From NCBI GenBank assembly GCA_902625715.1, contig CACOCP010000002.1, positions 13,575 to 77,574 of the forward strand: a DNA stretch of 64,000 nt. Direction: 5' to 3'. The position numbers and the translations under genes are program-made. This document shows positions 54,257 through 64,000 of the stretch, piece by piece. The stretch is from an uncultured Pelagibacteraceae bacterium (GTDB lineage Bacteria > Pseudomonadota > Alphaproteobacteria > Pelagibacterales > Pelagibacteraceae). Position 1 is the stretch's first letter. Each line of letters opens with the position of its first letter. The notes below the pieces were generated by a model, which was given only the letters and a program-made list of their open reading frames with translations, was not told the origin of the DNA and made no database searches.

Positions 54257-55428
54257 TGAAATCCATAACAGATTTAGAAAATTTAAATAATCAAATAGTA
54301 CTTTTAAGGTTAGATTTAAATGTACCAATTTTAAATGGAAAAATAACAGATACAAATAGAATAGATAAAATTATTCCAACAATTAATTTTCTTTTATCAA
54401 AAAATGCAAAAATAATAATAATTTCTCATGTTGGAAGACCAAAAGGAAAATTTAAAAGTGAGCTATCTCTTCAACCAATAAGAGATAATGTAAGTTCGCA
54501 GGTTAATGAAAACGTTAGACTAGAGAAGGCAAATATTTTTAATTTAAAAAAAAATGAATTATTTAAAAGTGCTGATGAAAAATTAATGATTTTAGAAAAT
54601 ATTAGATTTTACCCAGAAGAAGAGAATAACAATGAAAAATTTTCTGAACATTTGGCAAAACTTGGGGACATTTATATAAATGATGCATTTTCATGTTCAC
54701 ACAGAGAGCATGCTTCGGTTACAAGTATTACAAAATTTATACCATCCTATAGTGGGCTTCAGATGAATTCAGAAGTTGAGGCTCTTAAAAAAATTACAAC
54801 AGAAATTAAAAAGCCAATTACATGTATAATTGGTGGATCAAAGATATCTACAAAAATAGACATTATAAAAAACCTAATACCTAAATTTGATAATATTGTA
54901 ATCGTTGGAGCTATGGCTAATAACATTTTAAAATACAAAGGCTACAATATAGGAGCCTCATTATTTGAAAAAAATTCTAAAAAAATAATTGGAGAAATTT
55001 TTTCTGAAATAGAAGATAATAGTTGTAGAATATATTTCCCTGAGGACGTTAAAGTTGGAAAAAGCCTTGAAGATTATTCTATTCAAAAATCATTAAATCA
55101 AATAGAAAATGATGATATGATACTTGATGTTGGTTCAAAAACGATACAAAATATAAAAAGTGTAATCGATAATTCCTCAACCATATTATGGAATGGGCCT
55201 TTGGGATATTTTGAAAATCCTAATTTTTCAATAGGTAGTTTAGAAATAGCAAAATATATAGGAAATAAACAAGGAGAGCTTTTTTCTGTTATTGGTGGTG
55301 GAGATACTGTTTCTGTTGTTAACTCCATAAAAATTAAAAATAAATTTAATTTTGTCTCAACTGCTGGTGGAGCATTTTTAGAATATCTTGAAGGTAAAAT
55401 TCTTCCTGGTATAAGAGCGCTTAATTAA
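54256..55428 (+). CDS. pgk: Phosphoglycerate kinase
   Basis: RLDLNVP, LENIRF, WNGPLG, STAGGAFLE. Confidence 0.98.
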   Translation: MKSITDLENLNNQIVLLRLDLNVPILNGKITDTNRIDKIIPTINFLLSKNAKIIIISHVGRPKGKFKSELSLQPIRDNVSSQVNENVRLEKANIFNLKKNELFKSADEKLMILENIRFYPEEENNNEKFSEHLAKLGDIYINDAFSCSHREHASVTSITKFIPSYSGLQMNSEVEALKKITTEIKKPITCIIGGSKISTKIDIIKNLIPKFDNIVIVGAMANNILKYKGYNIGASLFEKNSKKIIGEIFSEIEDNSCRIYFPEDVKVGKSLEDYSIQKSLNQIENDDMILDVGSKTIQNIKSVIDNSSTILWNGPLGYFENPNFSIGSLEIAKYIGNKQGELFSVIGGGDTVSVVNSIKIKNKFNFVSTAGGAFLEYLEGKILPGIRALN

Positions 55429-56442
55429 ATGTCTGAATTATACAAAATAGCAGAAAAAATTCTTCAAAACGGAAAAGGAATTCTTGCGGCTGATGAAAGC
55501 ACCGGGACTATGAAAAAAAGATTAGACTCAGTAAATGTAGAGTCTAATGAAAAAAATAGATTAATTTTCAGAGAAACACTTTTTTCTTCAAACTCAATGA
55601 AAGAATGCATTGGTGGTGTGATATTATATGATGAAACGATTAGACAAAATACTTCTCAAAATAAATCTATACCAGAATTAATTTCTGAAAGTGGTGCTGT
55701 GCCAGGAATAAAAGTAGATACAGGTGCAAAAACGTTAGCGGGGTCTAAAGAAGAAAAAATTACTGAGGGATTAGATGGTTTAAGAGAAAGATTAAAAGAT
55801 TATTATCAACTTGGTGCTCGATTTACAAAATGGAGAGGTGTCTATATTATCTCTGAAGTATATCCATCTGAGTTATCAATAGCAGCTAATGCTCATGCTT
55901 TAGCCAGATATGCTGCACTAGCGCAAGAAGCTGGTATGGTGCCAATTGTAGAACCAGAGGTTTTAATGGATGGTAAACACTCAGCTAAAGATTGTTTTAA
56001 TAAAACATCTGAGGTTATAAAAAGATGCTATGACGAATTAGATATCAATAAAGTTGATCTGAAAGGCACAATTTTAAAACCCAATATGATTATTCCTGGA
56101 ACAGATTCGAATGAGACAATTTCTAATAACGAAATAGCTGAAATGACATTAGAATGTTTAAAAAATAATGTACCGTCTGAGGTTCCTGGTGTTGCATTTT
56201 TATCTGGTGGACAGACAGAATTTGAGGCAACAAATAATCTTAATCAAATAAATTTTAAAAATGATTCAAATTTTATTATGACCTACTCATATGGAAGAGC
56301 TCTTCAACAAAGTGCTTTAAAATTTTGGTCTAAAGACATAAACAATATCAAAGGAACTCAAGAAGTGTTTGATCATAGAGCTAAAATGTGTACTTTAGCA
56401 GCACAAGGGAAGTGGTCAGAAAGTCTTGAAAATTCAAAATAA
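55429..56442 (+). CDS. Class I fructose-bisphosphate aldolase
   Basis: KGILAADES, KWRGV, PIVEPEV, LKPNM, LSGGQ, SYGRALQ. Confidence 0.96.
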   Translation: MSELYKIAEKILQNGKGILAADESTGTMKKRLDSVNVESNEKNRLIFRETLFSSNSMKECIGGVILYDETIRQNTSQNKSIPELISESGAVPGIKVDTGAKTLAGSKEEKITEGLDGLRERLKDYYQLGARFTKWRGVYIISEVYPSELSIAANAHALARYAALAQEAGMVPIVEPEVLMDGKHSAKDCFNKTSEVIKRCYDELDINKVDLKGTILKPNMIIPGTDSNETISNNEIAEMTLECLKNNVPSEVPGVAFLSGGQTEFEATNNLNQINFKNDSNFIMTYSYGRALQQSALKFWSKDINNIKGTQEVFDHRAKMCTLAAQGKWSESLENSK

Positions 56443-57043
56443 AAGATTTGTTTATTTAATCTCTCCCACAAAAATATCTGATAATTCATTTTTTAAATCT
56501 CTAGAGCTCGTTTTTAAATCAAAAAAAGTAAGTTTTTTTCAATTAAGATTAAAAAATGAAAAACTTTCTAAAAAAATTATAATTTCAAAAAAAATAATCA
56601 AAATCTGCAGAAAATATAATGTTAAATTTTTAGTGAATGACGATCCAATTCTTGCTTTAAAAGTCAATGCAGATGGTTGTCATTTAGGTCAAAAAGATAT
56701 GAGCATCATTGAAGCAAAAGAAATTTTAAAGAATAAAATAATTGGAATTACTTGCCATAATTCAATTGGTTTAGCAAAAAAAGCTTTGGTGAATGGTGCA
56801 AATTACATTGCTGTAGGTGCTTTTTATAAAACAAAAACAAAAAAGGTAAAATTTAGAGCAAAATTAAGTATTTTAAGAAAAATAAAAAAATTAAGTGACA
56901 ATCCTATTGTTGCAATTGGTGGTATAAACGAAAAAAACTATAGAAAACTTTTGTTGAACAAAGCAAACTTTTTAGCTATCTCAGGCTACATTTGGAATAA
57001 TAATAAATACAAACCCTACGAAGCAATAAAAAGATTAAAATGA
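56426..57043 (+). CDS. thiE: Thiamine-phosphate synthase family protein
   Basis: QLRLK, VNDD, GCHLGQKD, VAIGGI. Confidence 0.88.
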   Translation: MKIQNKRFVYLISPTKISDNSFFKSLELVFKSKKVSFFQLRLKNEKLSKKIIISKKIIKICRKYNVKFLVNDDPILALKVNADGCHLGQKDMSIIEAKEILKNKIIGITCHNSIGLAKKALVNGANYIAVGAFYKTKTKKVKFRAKLSILRKIKKLSDNPIVAIGGINEKNYRKLLLNKANFLAISGYIWNNNKYKPYEAIKRLK

Positions 57044-57600
57044 AAATAAATGTAACTGAAATAAGAGTTGGAATGATATTAGAACACAAAGATGATTTAT
57101 GGGAAGTGTTAAAAACACAACATGTAAAACCTGGCAAAGGTGGGGCATTTGCACAAGTAGAAATGAAAAGTTTAAATAAAAATACAAAACTAAATGAAAG
57201 ATTTAGATCTAGCGAAACTGTAGAAAAAGCATCTTTGGAGGAGATAAAATTTAATTACCTTTATGATGATGAGACAGATTATTTTTTTATGAATCCAGAA
57301 AGTTTTGAGCAGATTAATATTAAAAAAGAAATTGTTGGAGATAAAGGAAAAATGTTAACTGAAAATTTAGAGGTTACAATAAATTTCCATGATGAAACAC
57401 CTTTAAGTGTTAATCTACCCAATCAAATAAAAAGTAAAATTGAAACGACTGATGCAGCATTAAAAGGTCAAACTGTTTCATCTTCTTATAAGCCAGCAAC
57501 TCTTGATAACGGTTTGAGTATTCAAGTTCCTCCATTTATAGAAAGTGGAGATGAAATAATTGTTGATACAAGAACAATTGAATATGTAAAAAAAGTATAA
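57040..57600 (+). CDS. efp: Elongation factor P
   Basis: HVKPGKGGA, KPATL, VPPFI. Confidence 0.98.
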   Translation: MKINVTEIRVGMILEHKDDLWEVLKTQHVKPGKGGAFAQVEMKSLNKNTKLNERFRSSETVEKASLEEIKFNYLYDDETDYFFMNPESFEQINIKKEIVGDKGKMLTENLEVTINFHDETPLSVNLPNQIKSKIETTDAALKGQTVSSSYKPATLDNGLSIQVPPFIESGDEIIVDTRTIEYVKKV

Positions 57601-57603
57601 TTG

Positions 57604-58350
57604 ATGAATTCAATTTCCCCAAATTTAAATATTATGATTAAAGCTTGTGAAAAAGCTTCTAAAGTAATTATAAGAGATTTTGGTGAAATAGAAAATTTAC
57701 AAGTATCTAAAAAAGGTCCAAGAGACTTTGTAACTAAGACAGATAAAAAAGTAGAAAAAATACTTATTGAAGAACTTTCAAATGCAAAAAAAAATTATTC
57801 TTTTATTTCTGAGGAAAGTGGAACAATCAAAAATACAAATGAAGATGCTTGTTGGATAATTGATCCGATAGATGGAACAATTAATTTCATGCATGGAATA
57901 CCTCACTTTGCTATATCAATAGCTTTAAGGATCAAGGGCGAATTGAAATCTGGTTTAATTTTTGATCCAATTAAAAATGAGATTTTTTATGCTGAAAAAA
58001 ACAGTGGAGCGTATTTTAACAATCATAGAGTAAGAGTTTCTAGTAAAATTGATTTGGAAGAATGCTTATTTTCCTCTAATAGTCATGGAGTAAAATTTGC
58101 AACTCCCAATTTAAATATGAGAAATACTGGATGTGCAGCTCTTGATTTAGCGTATGTAGGATCTGGAAGACTAGATGGTTTTTTTTATAACAAAATAAAT
58201 ATATGGGATATTGCAGCTGGTGTTTTAATTATTGATGAGGCAGGTGGTAAAGTAAGTGACATTAGTAAGTTCGGGGATGAAGCTATAGATATAAGAGCCT
58301 CAAACAGTAATATTTACCAAAAAATGCTTGAAAAAATAAAAAACTTTTAA
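57604..58350 (+). CDS. suhB: Inositol monophosphatase family SuhB
   Basis: [25 protein letters not shown]. Confidence 0.93.
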   Translation: MNSISPNLNIMIKACEKASKVIIRDFGEIENLQVSKKGPRDFVTKTDKKVEKILIEELSNAKKNYSFISEESGTIKNTNEDACWIIDPIDGTINFMHGIPHFAISIALRIKGELKSGLIFDPIKNEIFYAEKNSGAYFNNHRVRVSSKIDLEECLFSSNSHGVKFATPNLNMRNTGCAALDLAYVGSGRLDGFFYNKINIWDIAAGVLIIDEAGGKVSDISKFGDEAIDIRASNSNIYQKMLEKIKNF

Positions 58351-58387
58351 TTGTTTTAAAGATTACTTTTGTTATAAACCGACCACT

Positions 58388-58618
58388 ATGAAAAAAAATT
58401 TACACCCTAGCTACCATACAATTAAAGTTGAAATGACTGATGGATCTCAATTTGAGACTAAATCTACATGGGGATCTGAAGGAGAAGTTCTTAAGTTAGA
58501 AATTGATCCTAAATCTCATTCTGCTTGGACGGGTGGAAAACAAAAAATATTAGACAAAGGAAGAATAAGTAAATTCAATAAAAAATTCCAAAATTTTAGA
58601 TCAGAGAAAAGTAGTTAA
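58388..58618 (+). CDS. rpmE: 50S ribosomal protein L31 (Cys-free form)
   Basis: [27 protein letters not shown]. Confidence 0.96.
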   Translation: MKKNLHPSYHTIKVEMTDGSQFETKSTWGSEGEVLKLEIDPKSHSAWTGGKQKILDKGRISKFNKKFQNFRSEKSS

Positions 58619-59187
58619 TGTCTAATGCACCTTTAATGCCAATGGCAACTGCCGTTTGGTTAGTTGAAAACACTACACTCACTTTTAAACAAATTGCAGA
58701 TTTTTGCAAACTTCACGAAGTAGAAGTTCAAGGAATAGCTGATGGAGAAGTTGCAAAAGGTATAGTTGGGTACAACCCTATTATGTCTGGTCAACTTACT
58801 AGAGAAGAAATTAACTTATCATCTGAGGATAATAATAGACCATTGAATTTAAAAACTAACGATGTTGAAATTGAAAATTCAGAGAAGAAAATCAAGAAAT
58901 ATGTACCTTTATCAAAACGACAAGACAAACCAGACTCTGCTCTTTGGTTAATTAAACAACATGGTATTTTAAAAGACTCTCAAATTGCAAAACTTGTAGG
59001 GGTTACTAAGAACTCAGTCACGGCTATCAGAAATAAAAGTTATTGGAACTTTAATAATTTAAATGCAAAAGATCCTGTTGCTATGGGATTATTTTCTCAA
59101 AAAGAACTTGTAGAAGCAATTGAAAAGGCAGAAAGACGAATTAAGAGAGAAAAAAGAGAGAAAGAAAAAGCAGAAAACATAAAATAA
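58618..59187 (+). CDS. DUF1013 family protein (TrcR-like transcription regulator)
   Basis: PLMPMATAVWLVENTTLTFKQIADFC, KRQDKPD motifs. Confidence 0.9.
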   Translation: MSNAPLMPMATAVWLVENTTLTFKQIADFCKLHEVEVQGIADGEVAKGIVGYNPIMSGQLTREEINLSSEDNNRPLNLKTNDVEIENSEKKIKKYVPLSKRQDKPDSALWLIKQHGILKDSQIAKLVGVTKNSVTAIRNKSYWNFNNLNAKDPVAMGLFSQKELVEAIEKAERRIKREKREKEKAENIK

Positions 59188-59247
59188 AATGAACAATAGA
59201 CAAATAATTTATAAAGTGATAACTAGTGCCACTTTTTGGAGGTTGTT

Positions 59248-59442
59248 ATTAAAATAGAAGTTAAAGATAATAATGTTGAACAAGCACTGAGGGTTTTAAA
59301 GAGAAAGCTTCAGCGCGATGGTTTTTTTAAAATTATTAAATTGAAGAATACCTATGAGAAACCATCAGAAAAGAAAAAAAGAATTCTTCAAGAAAACATT
59401 AAAAGAGTTAAAAAACTTAACAAACTCAAAAATAGGATTTAA
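59248..59442 (+). CDS. rpsU: 30S ribosomal protein S21 (probable ATT start)
   Basis: DNNVEQALRVLKRK, YEKPSE; GGAGGT SD at 59238-59243; no in-frame ATG/GTG; start codon inferred. Confidence 0.93.
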   Translation: MKIEVKDNNVEQALRVLKRKLQRDGFFKIIKLKNTYEKPSEKKKRILQENIKRVKKLNKLKNRI

Positions 59443-59446
59443 TTAT

Positions 59447-59523
59447 CGCGGGGTGGAGCAGCCTGGTAGCTCGCAAGGCTCATAACCTTGAAGTCGGCGG
59501 TTCAAATCCGTCCCCCGCAACCA
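59447..59523 (+). tRNA. Initiator tRNA-fMet(CAT)
   Basis: CGCGGGG...CCCCGCAACCA with C1:A72 mismatch; anticodon arm CAAGG-CTCATAA-CCTTG. Confidence 0.96.
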
Positions 59524-59526
59524 ATT

Positions 59527-60219
59527 TTAAATTTTAAATTTAGATTTTTTAGTATCTGTCAGAAAACCTTTAACGGTATCTGTAGTGAGTTTTTGAAAAC
59601 TTTTTCCAAACTTTTCAATTTTTTCAATTATAGAAGGTGGCACTGTAATTATATGACACCCTAATTGCCTTGCTTGAATATAATTGTATGGCTCCCTTGT
59701 GCTTGCCCAAAGTATATCAACATTCTTAAAATTTTTAGAAATTTGTATACTTTTTTTAAATTCAGGTACTGGGTCCTTGCCTGCATCAGCCATTCTACCA
59801 CCGAATATTGATATTATTACTTTTGTTTTTTTATTTATTTTACTTAATATTTGTTTAGTTTGTTTCGCTGTGTAAACTGCTGTTATATTTAGTTTTACTT
59901 TATTTTTGTTCAAAGAGTTTATTGCGGCCCCCATGAATTTTCCTTTAGAATTAGTTACAGGAACTTTAACGTAAACATTCTTTCCCCATTTATTGATCTT
60001 ATTACCCTGTAAAATCATCTCTTTTGGATTATCCGCAAATACTTCACAAGAAACAGGTTTATTAGTAACAGAAAGTATATCTTTTGAGTACTTAGTATAG
60101 TCTTTTGCTCCAGCTTTCCTCATCAAGCTTGGATTAGTTGTAAAACCTTTTACTATTTTTTTTTTATTGAACTTTTTAATTTGATTTATGTCTGCAATAT
60201 CACAAAAAATTTTAGTCAA
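59527..60219 (-). CDS. tal: Transaldolase (short TalC/FSA family)
   Basis: GFTTNPSL, YVKVP, NITAVY, LWASTRE. Confidence 0.93.
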   Translation of the reverse strand: MTKIFCDIADINQIKKFNKKKIVKGFTTNPSLMRKAGAKDYTKYSKDILSVTNKPVSCEVFADNPKEMILQGNKINKWGKNVYVKVPVTNSKGKFMGAAINSLNKNKVKLNITAVYTAKQTKQILSKINKKTKVIISIFGGRMADAGKDPVPEFKKSIQISKNFKNVDILWASTREPYNYIQARQLGCHIITVPPSIIEKIEKFGKSFQKLTTDTVKGFLTDTKKSKFKI

Positions 60220-60220
60220 T

Positions 60221-61615
60221 TTATAAACTCTTAACTATTTCTTCTGTCATTTTTTTTGCATCTGCAAAAAGCATTAAGGTGTTATCTCTATAGAAAAGAT
60301 CATTATCAATACCAGCGTAACCTGGTGACAAACTTCTTTTTACAAATAAAACTGATTTACTTTTTTCAACATCTAAAACGGGCATGCCATATATTGGGCT
60401 TTGCGGATCAGATTTTGCAACAGGATTTGTAACATCGTTTGCTCCAATTACATAGGCAACATCACAATTTGCAAAATCGTTATTTATTTCCTCTAATTCA
60501 AATACTTCATCATATGGAACGTTTGCCTCAGCCAATAATACATTCATATGCCCAGGCATTCTTCCAGCTACTGGATGAATTGCATATGAGACTTTTACAC
60601 CATTTTTTTTTAATGCATCAACCATTTCTCTTAATGCATGTTGTGCTTGGGCAACAGCCATACCGTAACCGGGCACAATAATTACAGAAGATGCATTTTT
60701 CATCAAAAAAGCTGCATCATCTGCATTTCCACTTTTTGTTGGCTTTTGTTCCTTGCTTTGAGCAGAAGATGCTTGATCAGTCGCACCCCACCCTCCAAGA
60801 ATAACATTAAAGAATGATCTATTCATTCCTTTGCACATTATATATGAAAGAATTGCTCCAGAGGATCCAACTAAAGCTCCTGTAATAATTAAAGCTGTAT
60901 TTTCTAATGTAAATCCAATACCAGCTGCAGCCCAACCAGAATATGAATTTAGCATAGAAATTACTACTGGCATATCTGCTCCTCCAATTGGAATAATCAG
61001 TAAAACTCCAACTAAAAAAGAAATAGCTACAATTGTCCAAAAAATATTTGATGATTGAGTTTTACATAAATAATAAATCAAAAAAATAATTGTCAACCCT
61101 ATAAATAGATTAATAAAATGTTGTCCTTTAAAAGTAATTGGTGCACCTGACATAATTCCTCTTAATTTTAAGAAAGCTATAATTGAACCAGAGAATGTGA
61201 TTGCTCCAATTGCAGCTCCTAGAGACATCTCAATTAAGCTTGCAAGTTTTATATCTCCTATAATGCCAAGATTAAAAGCTTCTGGGTTTAAAAAAGCCGA
61301 AATTGCAACAAATACTGCGGCTAAACCAACTAAACTATGAAATCCTGCAACAAGTTCTGGCATTGCAGTCATTGGGATTTTAAATGCTATAAATGCACCG
61401 ATAGATCCTCCGATTACTAAAAATATCAAAACGTAAATAAAGCCGGAGCCAAAATTTCCTACTGACAGAAAAGTTACAATTATCGCTATTGCCATACCTG
61501 CAATTCCAAAATAATTACCTTGCCTTGAAGTTTCTGGAGAAGAAAGACCCCTGAGTGCTAGAATAAATAAAATTCCAGAAATTAAGTAAAAGGTTGCAGA
61601 AAGATTTGCTGACAT
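60221..61615 (-). CDS. pntB: NAD(P) transhydrogenase beta subunit
   Basis: GGADMPVVISMLNSYSG, HPVAGRMPGHMNVLLAEA. Confidence 0.99.
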   Translation of the reverse strand: MSANLSATFYLISGILFILALRGLSSPETSRQGNYFGIAGMAIAIIVTFLSVGNFGSGFIYVLIFLVIGGSIGAFIAFKIPMTAMPELVAGFHSLVGLAAVFVAISAFLNPEAFNLGIIGDIKLASLIEMSLGAAIGAITFSGSIIAFLKLRGIMSGAPITFKGQHFINLFIGLTIIFLIYYLCKTQSSNIFWTIVAISFLVGVLLIIPIGGADMPVVISMLNSYSGWAAAGIGFTLENTALIITGALVGSSGAILSYIMCKGMNRSFFNVILGGWGATDQASSAQSKEQKPTKSGNADDAAFLMKNASSVIIVPGYGMAVAQAQHALREMVDALKKNGVKVSYAIHPVAGRMPGHMNVLLAEANVPYDEVFELEEINNDFANCDVAYVIGANDVTNPVAKSDPQSPIYGMPVLDVEKSKSVLFVKRSLSPGYAGIDNDLFYRDNTLMLFADAKKMTEEIVKSL

Positions 61616-61624
61616 AAATTTATT

Positions 61625-61927
61625 TTATTTTTTCTTTTTCTTATACATTTGAAGCATTCTTTGTGTTACCAAAAAACCACCAAAAATATTCACGGCTGCT
61701 AAAATAATTGCAAGAAATCCAAATATACTTGAAGTCTCAAAAATTTTATCTGAGTTACTTGCCAAAGCTGCAATAATTGCTCCAACAATAATTACTGAAG
61801 AAATTGCATTTGTAACTGACATCAAAGGTGTGTGTAGAGATGGCGTAACACTCCAAACTACATAATAACCAACAAAAATTGATAATATAAATATACTAAA
61901 CCTAAATATAAAAGGATCTATTTCCAT
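61625..61927 (-). CDS. pntA: NAD(P) transhydrogenase alpha subunit, membrane part (PntAb)
   Basis: LHTPLMSVTNAISS, NIFGGFLVTQRML. Confidence 0.96.
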   Translation of the reverse strand: MEIDPFIFRFSIFILSIFVGYYVVWSVTPSLHTPLMSVTNAISSVIIVGAIIAALASNSDKIFETSSIFGFLAIILAAVNIFGGFLVTQRMLQMYKKKKK

Positions 61928-61929
61928 AA

Positions 61930-63018
61930 TTATTTTATTTGAGTTTTCTCTATTATTTCATCTTCTAGATTTATATTAATTTTTTTGTTTTCTTTATCAT
62001 ATAAATTACTGACAAAATTGAACATATTTTTTGCATACAAATTTGAGGCTGAATTTGGAAGTTTATTTAAAATATTGCTATCTCCCATTATTTTTACTCC
62101 ATTATAATCAACAATTTCGTTTACTTTTGTCATTTCAGAATTACCCCCTTGAGAAGCCGCAAGATCATAAATTACAGATCCAACTTGCATGACTTCAATC
62201 ATATCTTTTTTAATAATTAAAGGCGCTTTTTTACCTGGAATCAGGGCAGTGCAAATTACGATATCGATTTTTTTCAATGTTTCTTTTAACAAATTTTCTT
62301 GTTTTTGTTTAAAGTCACCTGATGCTTCTTTTGCATATCCACCCTCTGTCTCTAAATTTTCTGCCCCTTCAACAGTTAAGAATTTACCACCTAAGCTTTC
62401 AACTTGCTCTTTTGAGGCTAACCTTACATCTGTCGCAAAAACTATAGCTCCCATTCTTTTTGCTGTTGCAATGGCTTGTAATCCTGCAACACCTGCACCT
62501 ACTACTAATACTTTAGCCGCTGGGATTGTGCCTGCAGCAGTCATCATCATGGGAATGGCTTTTTGATAATATGCAAATGAGTCTACAACTGCTTTATATC
62601 CTGCTAAATTTGCTTGAGATGATAATATGTCCATTGATTGTGCTCTTGTGATTCTTGGCAAAAGTTCGAGAGAAAAACAGTTTATTTTTTTCTGTAAAAG
62701 ATTTTTTAATTTTTCATTATTAGAGTAAGGATTTAAAACTCCAATTATAATTTGTTCACTTTTTAATTTTTTAAAATTTTTTTCATCGAATAAGTTCATT
62801 TGTAAAATTAAATCAGCTTCTGATAATACTTTTTCGTCATCATCCAATATTTCTGCTCCTTCGCTACTAAATTCTTTGTCAGAAATACCCAAATGTTCTC
62901 CATAGCCTTTAGGTAGAATTATATTTAGACCTAATGATTTATATTTTTTAATTATTTCTGGAGTAACAGCAATACGTTGCTCTAAACTTAAGTTTTCTTT
63001 AATTGAACCTATTTTCAT
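61930..63018 (-). CDS. pntA: NAD(P) transhydrogenase alpha subunit, domain I (PntAa)
   Basis: RITRAQSMDILSSQ, GAGVAGLQA, GGYAKE. Confidence 0.97.
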   Translation of the reverse strand: MKIGSIKENLSLEQRIAVTPEIIKKYKSLGLNIILPKGYGEHLGISDKEFSSEGAEILDDDEKVLSEADLILQMNLFDEKNFKKLKSEQIIIGVLNPYSNNEKLKNLLQKKINCFSLELLPRITRAQSMDILSSQANLAGYKAVVDSFAYYQKAIPMMMTAAGTIPAAKVLVVGAGVAGLQAIATAKRMGAIVFATDVRLASKEQVESLGGKFLTVEGAENLETEGGYAKEASGDFKQKQENLLKETLKKIDIVICTALIPGKKAPLIIKKDMIEVMQVGSVIYDLAASQGGNSEMTKVNEIVDYNGVKIMGDSNILNKLPNSASNLYAKNMFNFVSNLYDKENKKININLEDEIIEKTQIK

Positions 63019-63129
63019 TTATAAAAGAAAGATTGCCATTAAAACTAAAACACTAATTACAGCAATAGTTCCCCAAAGAACAAATTTAGTAAAATTATTC
63101 CATGTATTTTTATGATTTTCGTTATCCAT
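63019..63129 (-). CDS. 36-aa single-TM protein, aa3-type cytochrome c oxidase subunit IV-like
   Basis: Not in ORF track; MDNENHKNTWNNFTKFVLWGTIAVISVLVLMAIFLL; H-x2-T-[WY]-x2-F pattern; fills the rpmJ-pntA gap with stop abutting the pntA ATG. Confidence 0.75.
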   Translation of the reverse strand: MDNENHKNTWNNFTKFVLWGTIAVISVLVLMAIFLL

Positions 63130-63133
63130 TATT

Positions 63134-63259
63134 CTACTTTTGTCTTGCTTTGAATTTAGGATTTTTTTTATTTATGACATAGACTCTACCTCTTCTTCTT
63201 ACAAGTTTAGAATTTAAGTCTCTGTTTTTAATCGATTTTAATGAACTTTTTATTTTCAT
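63134..63259 (-). CDS. rpmJ: 50S ribosomal protein L36 (Cys-free type B)
   Basis: Not in ORF track; [41 protein letters not shown]. Confidence 0.96.
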   Translation of the reverse strand: MKIKSSLKSIKNRDLNSKLVRRRGRVYVINKKNPKFKARQK

Positions 63260-63261
63260 AT

Positions 63262-64000
63262 TTAGAGCGAGTTAATAAAGGAACTTATGTAGTCTTTCAA
63301 TTGTAATTTTCCAAATTTTTGAATTATTTTGTTATTATTGCTTATTTTTGTTAACGCTGATGCATATCGTTCACCCAATCTTGGCTTTAACAATACAATT
63401 TCTGATTTAAACATATTTGCAACTTGTAAAATTGAATAATATTTTTTATTGCTTATGCTGTAATAACAGCACTTATCTAATTTAAAGGCTTCAAAACAAA
63501 CTTGTACAGTATCAGAAATATGAGTAAATCTTCTTGTTTGGTTTCCAGGTCTTACCACAGTTAGTGGTTTTCTGTTTAAATATTGATCTTCAAATATTCC
63601 AATTACAGTTGCCATATCTCCAGTTTTTATCTGTCTTGGTCCATAAACATTATAAAAAAAAATAATTTCAAATTTGAAATTAAACCACTTTTTTAAGTTC
63701 TCTAATAGTTCTAAATTTTTTGATTTTGTAAAAGCATAGGGTGATAAATTTTTATCATAGCCTTTATTTCCTAATGAAGCCGAGGTTGCGGAATATATAA
63801 GTTTAATTTTATAATTCAAACAAAATTTGAATACTGCTTGCGAACCAATAGAGTTTGATTGATAGCACTCATTAAACTTTTTAAAGCTTTGATAAATTCT
63901 AGAAAATTCTCCAAAATGAAAAATGCTTTTGATATTCTTTTTGTATTTATCTAAAATCTTTTCAATTTTTGTAGTGTGCCCTTTTAAATACTTAACTCTT
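63262..64000 (-). CDS. NAD-dependent epimerase/dehydratase (extended SDR), 5' end beyond window
   Basis: Frame stays open to window edge (...[14 protein letters not shown]...); SPYAFTK (YxxxK), [17 protein letters not shown]. Confidence 0.88.
   Translation of the reverse strand, partial: RVKYLKGHTTKIEKILDKYKKNIKSIFHFGEFSRIYQSFKKFNECYQSNSIGSQAVFKFCLNYKIKLIYSATSASLGNKGYDKNLSPYAFTKSKNLELLENLKKWFNFKFEIIFFYNVYGPRQIKTGDMATVIGIFEDQYLNRKPLTVVRPGNQTRRFTHISDTVQVCFEAFKLDKCCYYSISNKKYYSILQVANMFKSEIVLLKPRLGERYASALTKISNNNKIIQKFGKLQLKDYISSFINSL

Noticed and set aside
59527-60219. talC-type transaldolase beside a tRNA 3' end as a possible phage auxiliary gene or island
   Set aside because: Contiguous with the pntAB operon (1-nt gap), same composition as neighbours, no integrase or att duplication
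63820-64000. Apparent truncation or frameshift of the epimerase (ORF track starts at 63819)
   Set aside because: Manual translation shows the frame is open to the window edge; the true start lies outside the window

Overview
AT-rich, extremely gene-dense alphaproteobacterial core-genome segment, with many stop/start overlaps and intergenic gaps mostly 0-60 bp. Gene content and compaction strongly suggest Pelagibacterales (SAR11); this assignment is an inference. The window holds about 70 housekeeping CDS: mreBCD-mrdA-rodA, leuA, ilvIHC, miaA, degP, hflKC, mrp, thyX, nadAC, ppdK, glyQS, ispAB, dxs, aroC, rpoH, purA, thiDE, glmM, folP, ftsH, tilS, tol-pal, tkt-gap-pgk-fba, efp, rpmE, rpsU, tal, pntAB and rpmJ. 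It also holds a permuted two-piece tmRNA and three tRNAs: Leu-GAG, Arg-TCG and fMet-CAT. I see no prophage, IS, integrase, CRISPR array or multi-gene accessory island, so I cannot support a large novel system. The best leads lie inside the core. (1) A MOC1/phage-type Holliday-junction resolvase occupies the ruvC slot, with ruvA and ruvB missing. (2) rpsU has a strong Shine-Dalgarno but apparently an AUU start. (3) The tRNA-Arg has the rare UCG anticodon. (4) Mrp/ApbC lacks its Fe-S-binding CxxC motif. (5) GAPDH carries NADP-type signature residues. (6) There is no 6S RNA at the zapA-ygfA site. (7) A perfectly palindromic junction joins two divergent genes, and several transcripts appear leaderless.
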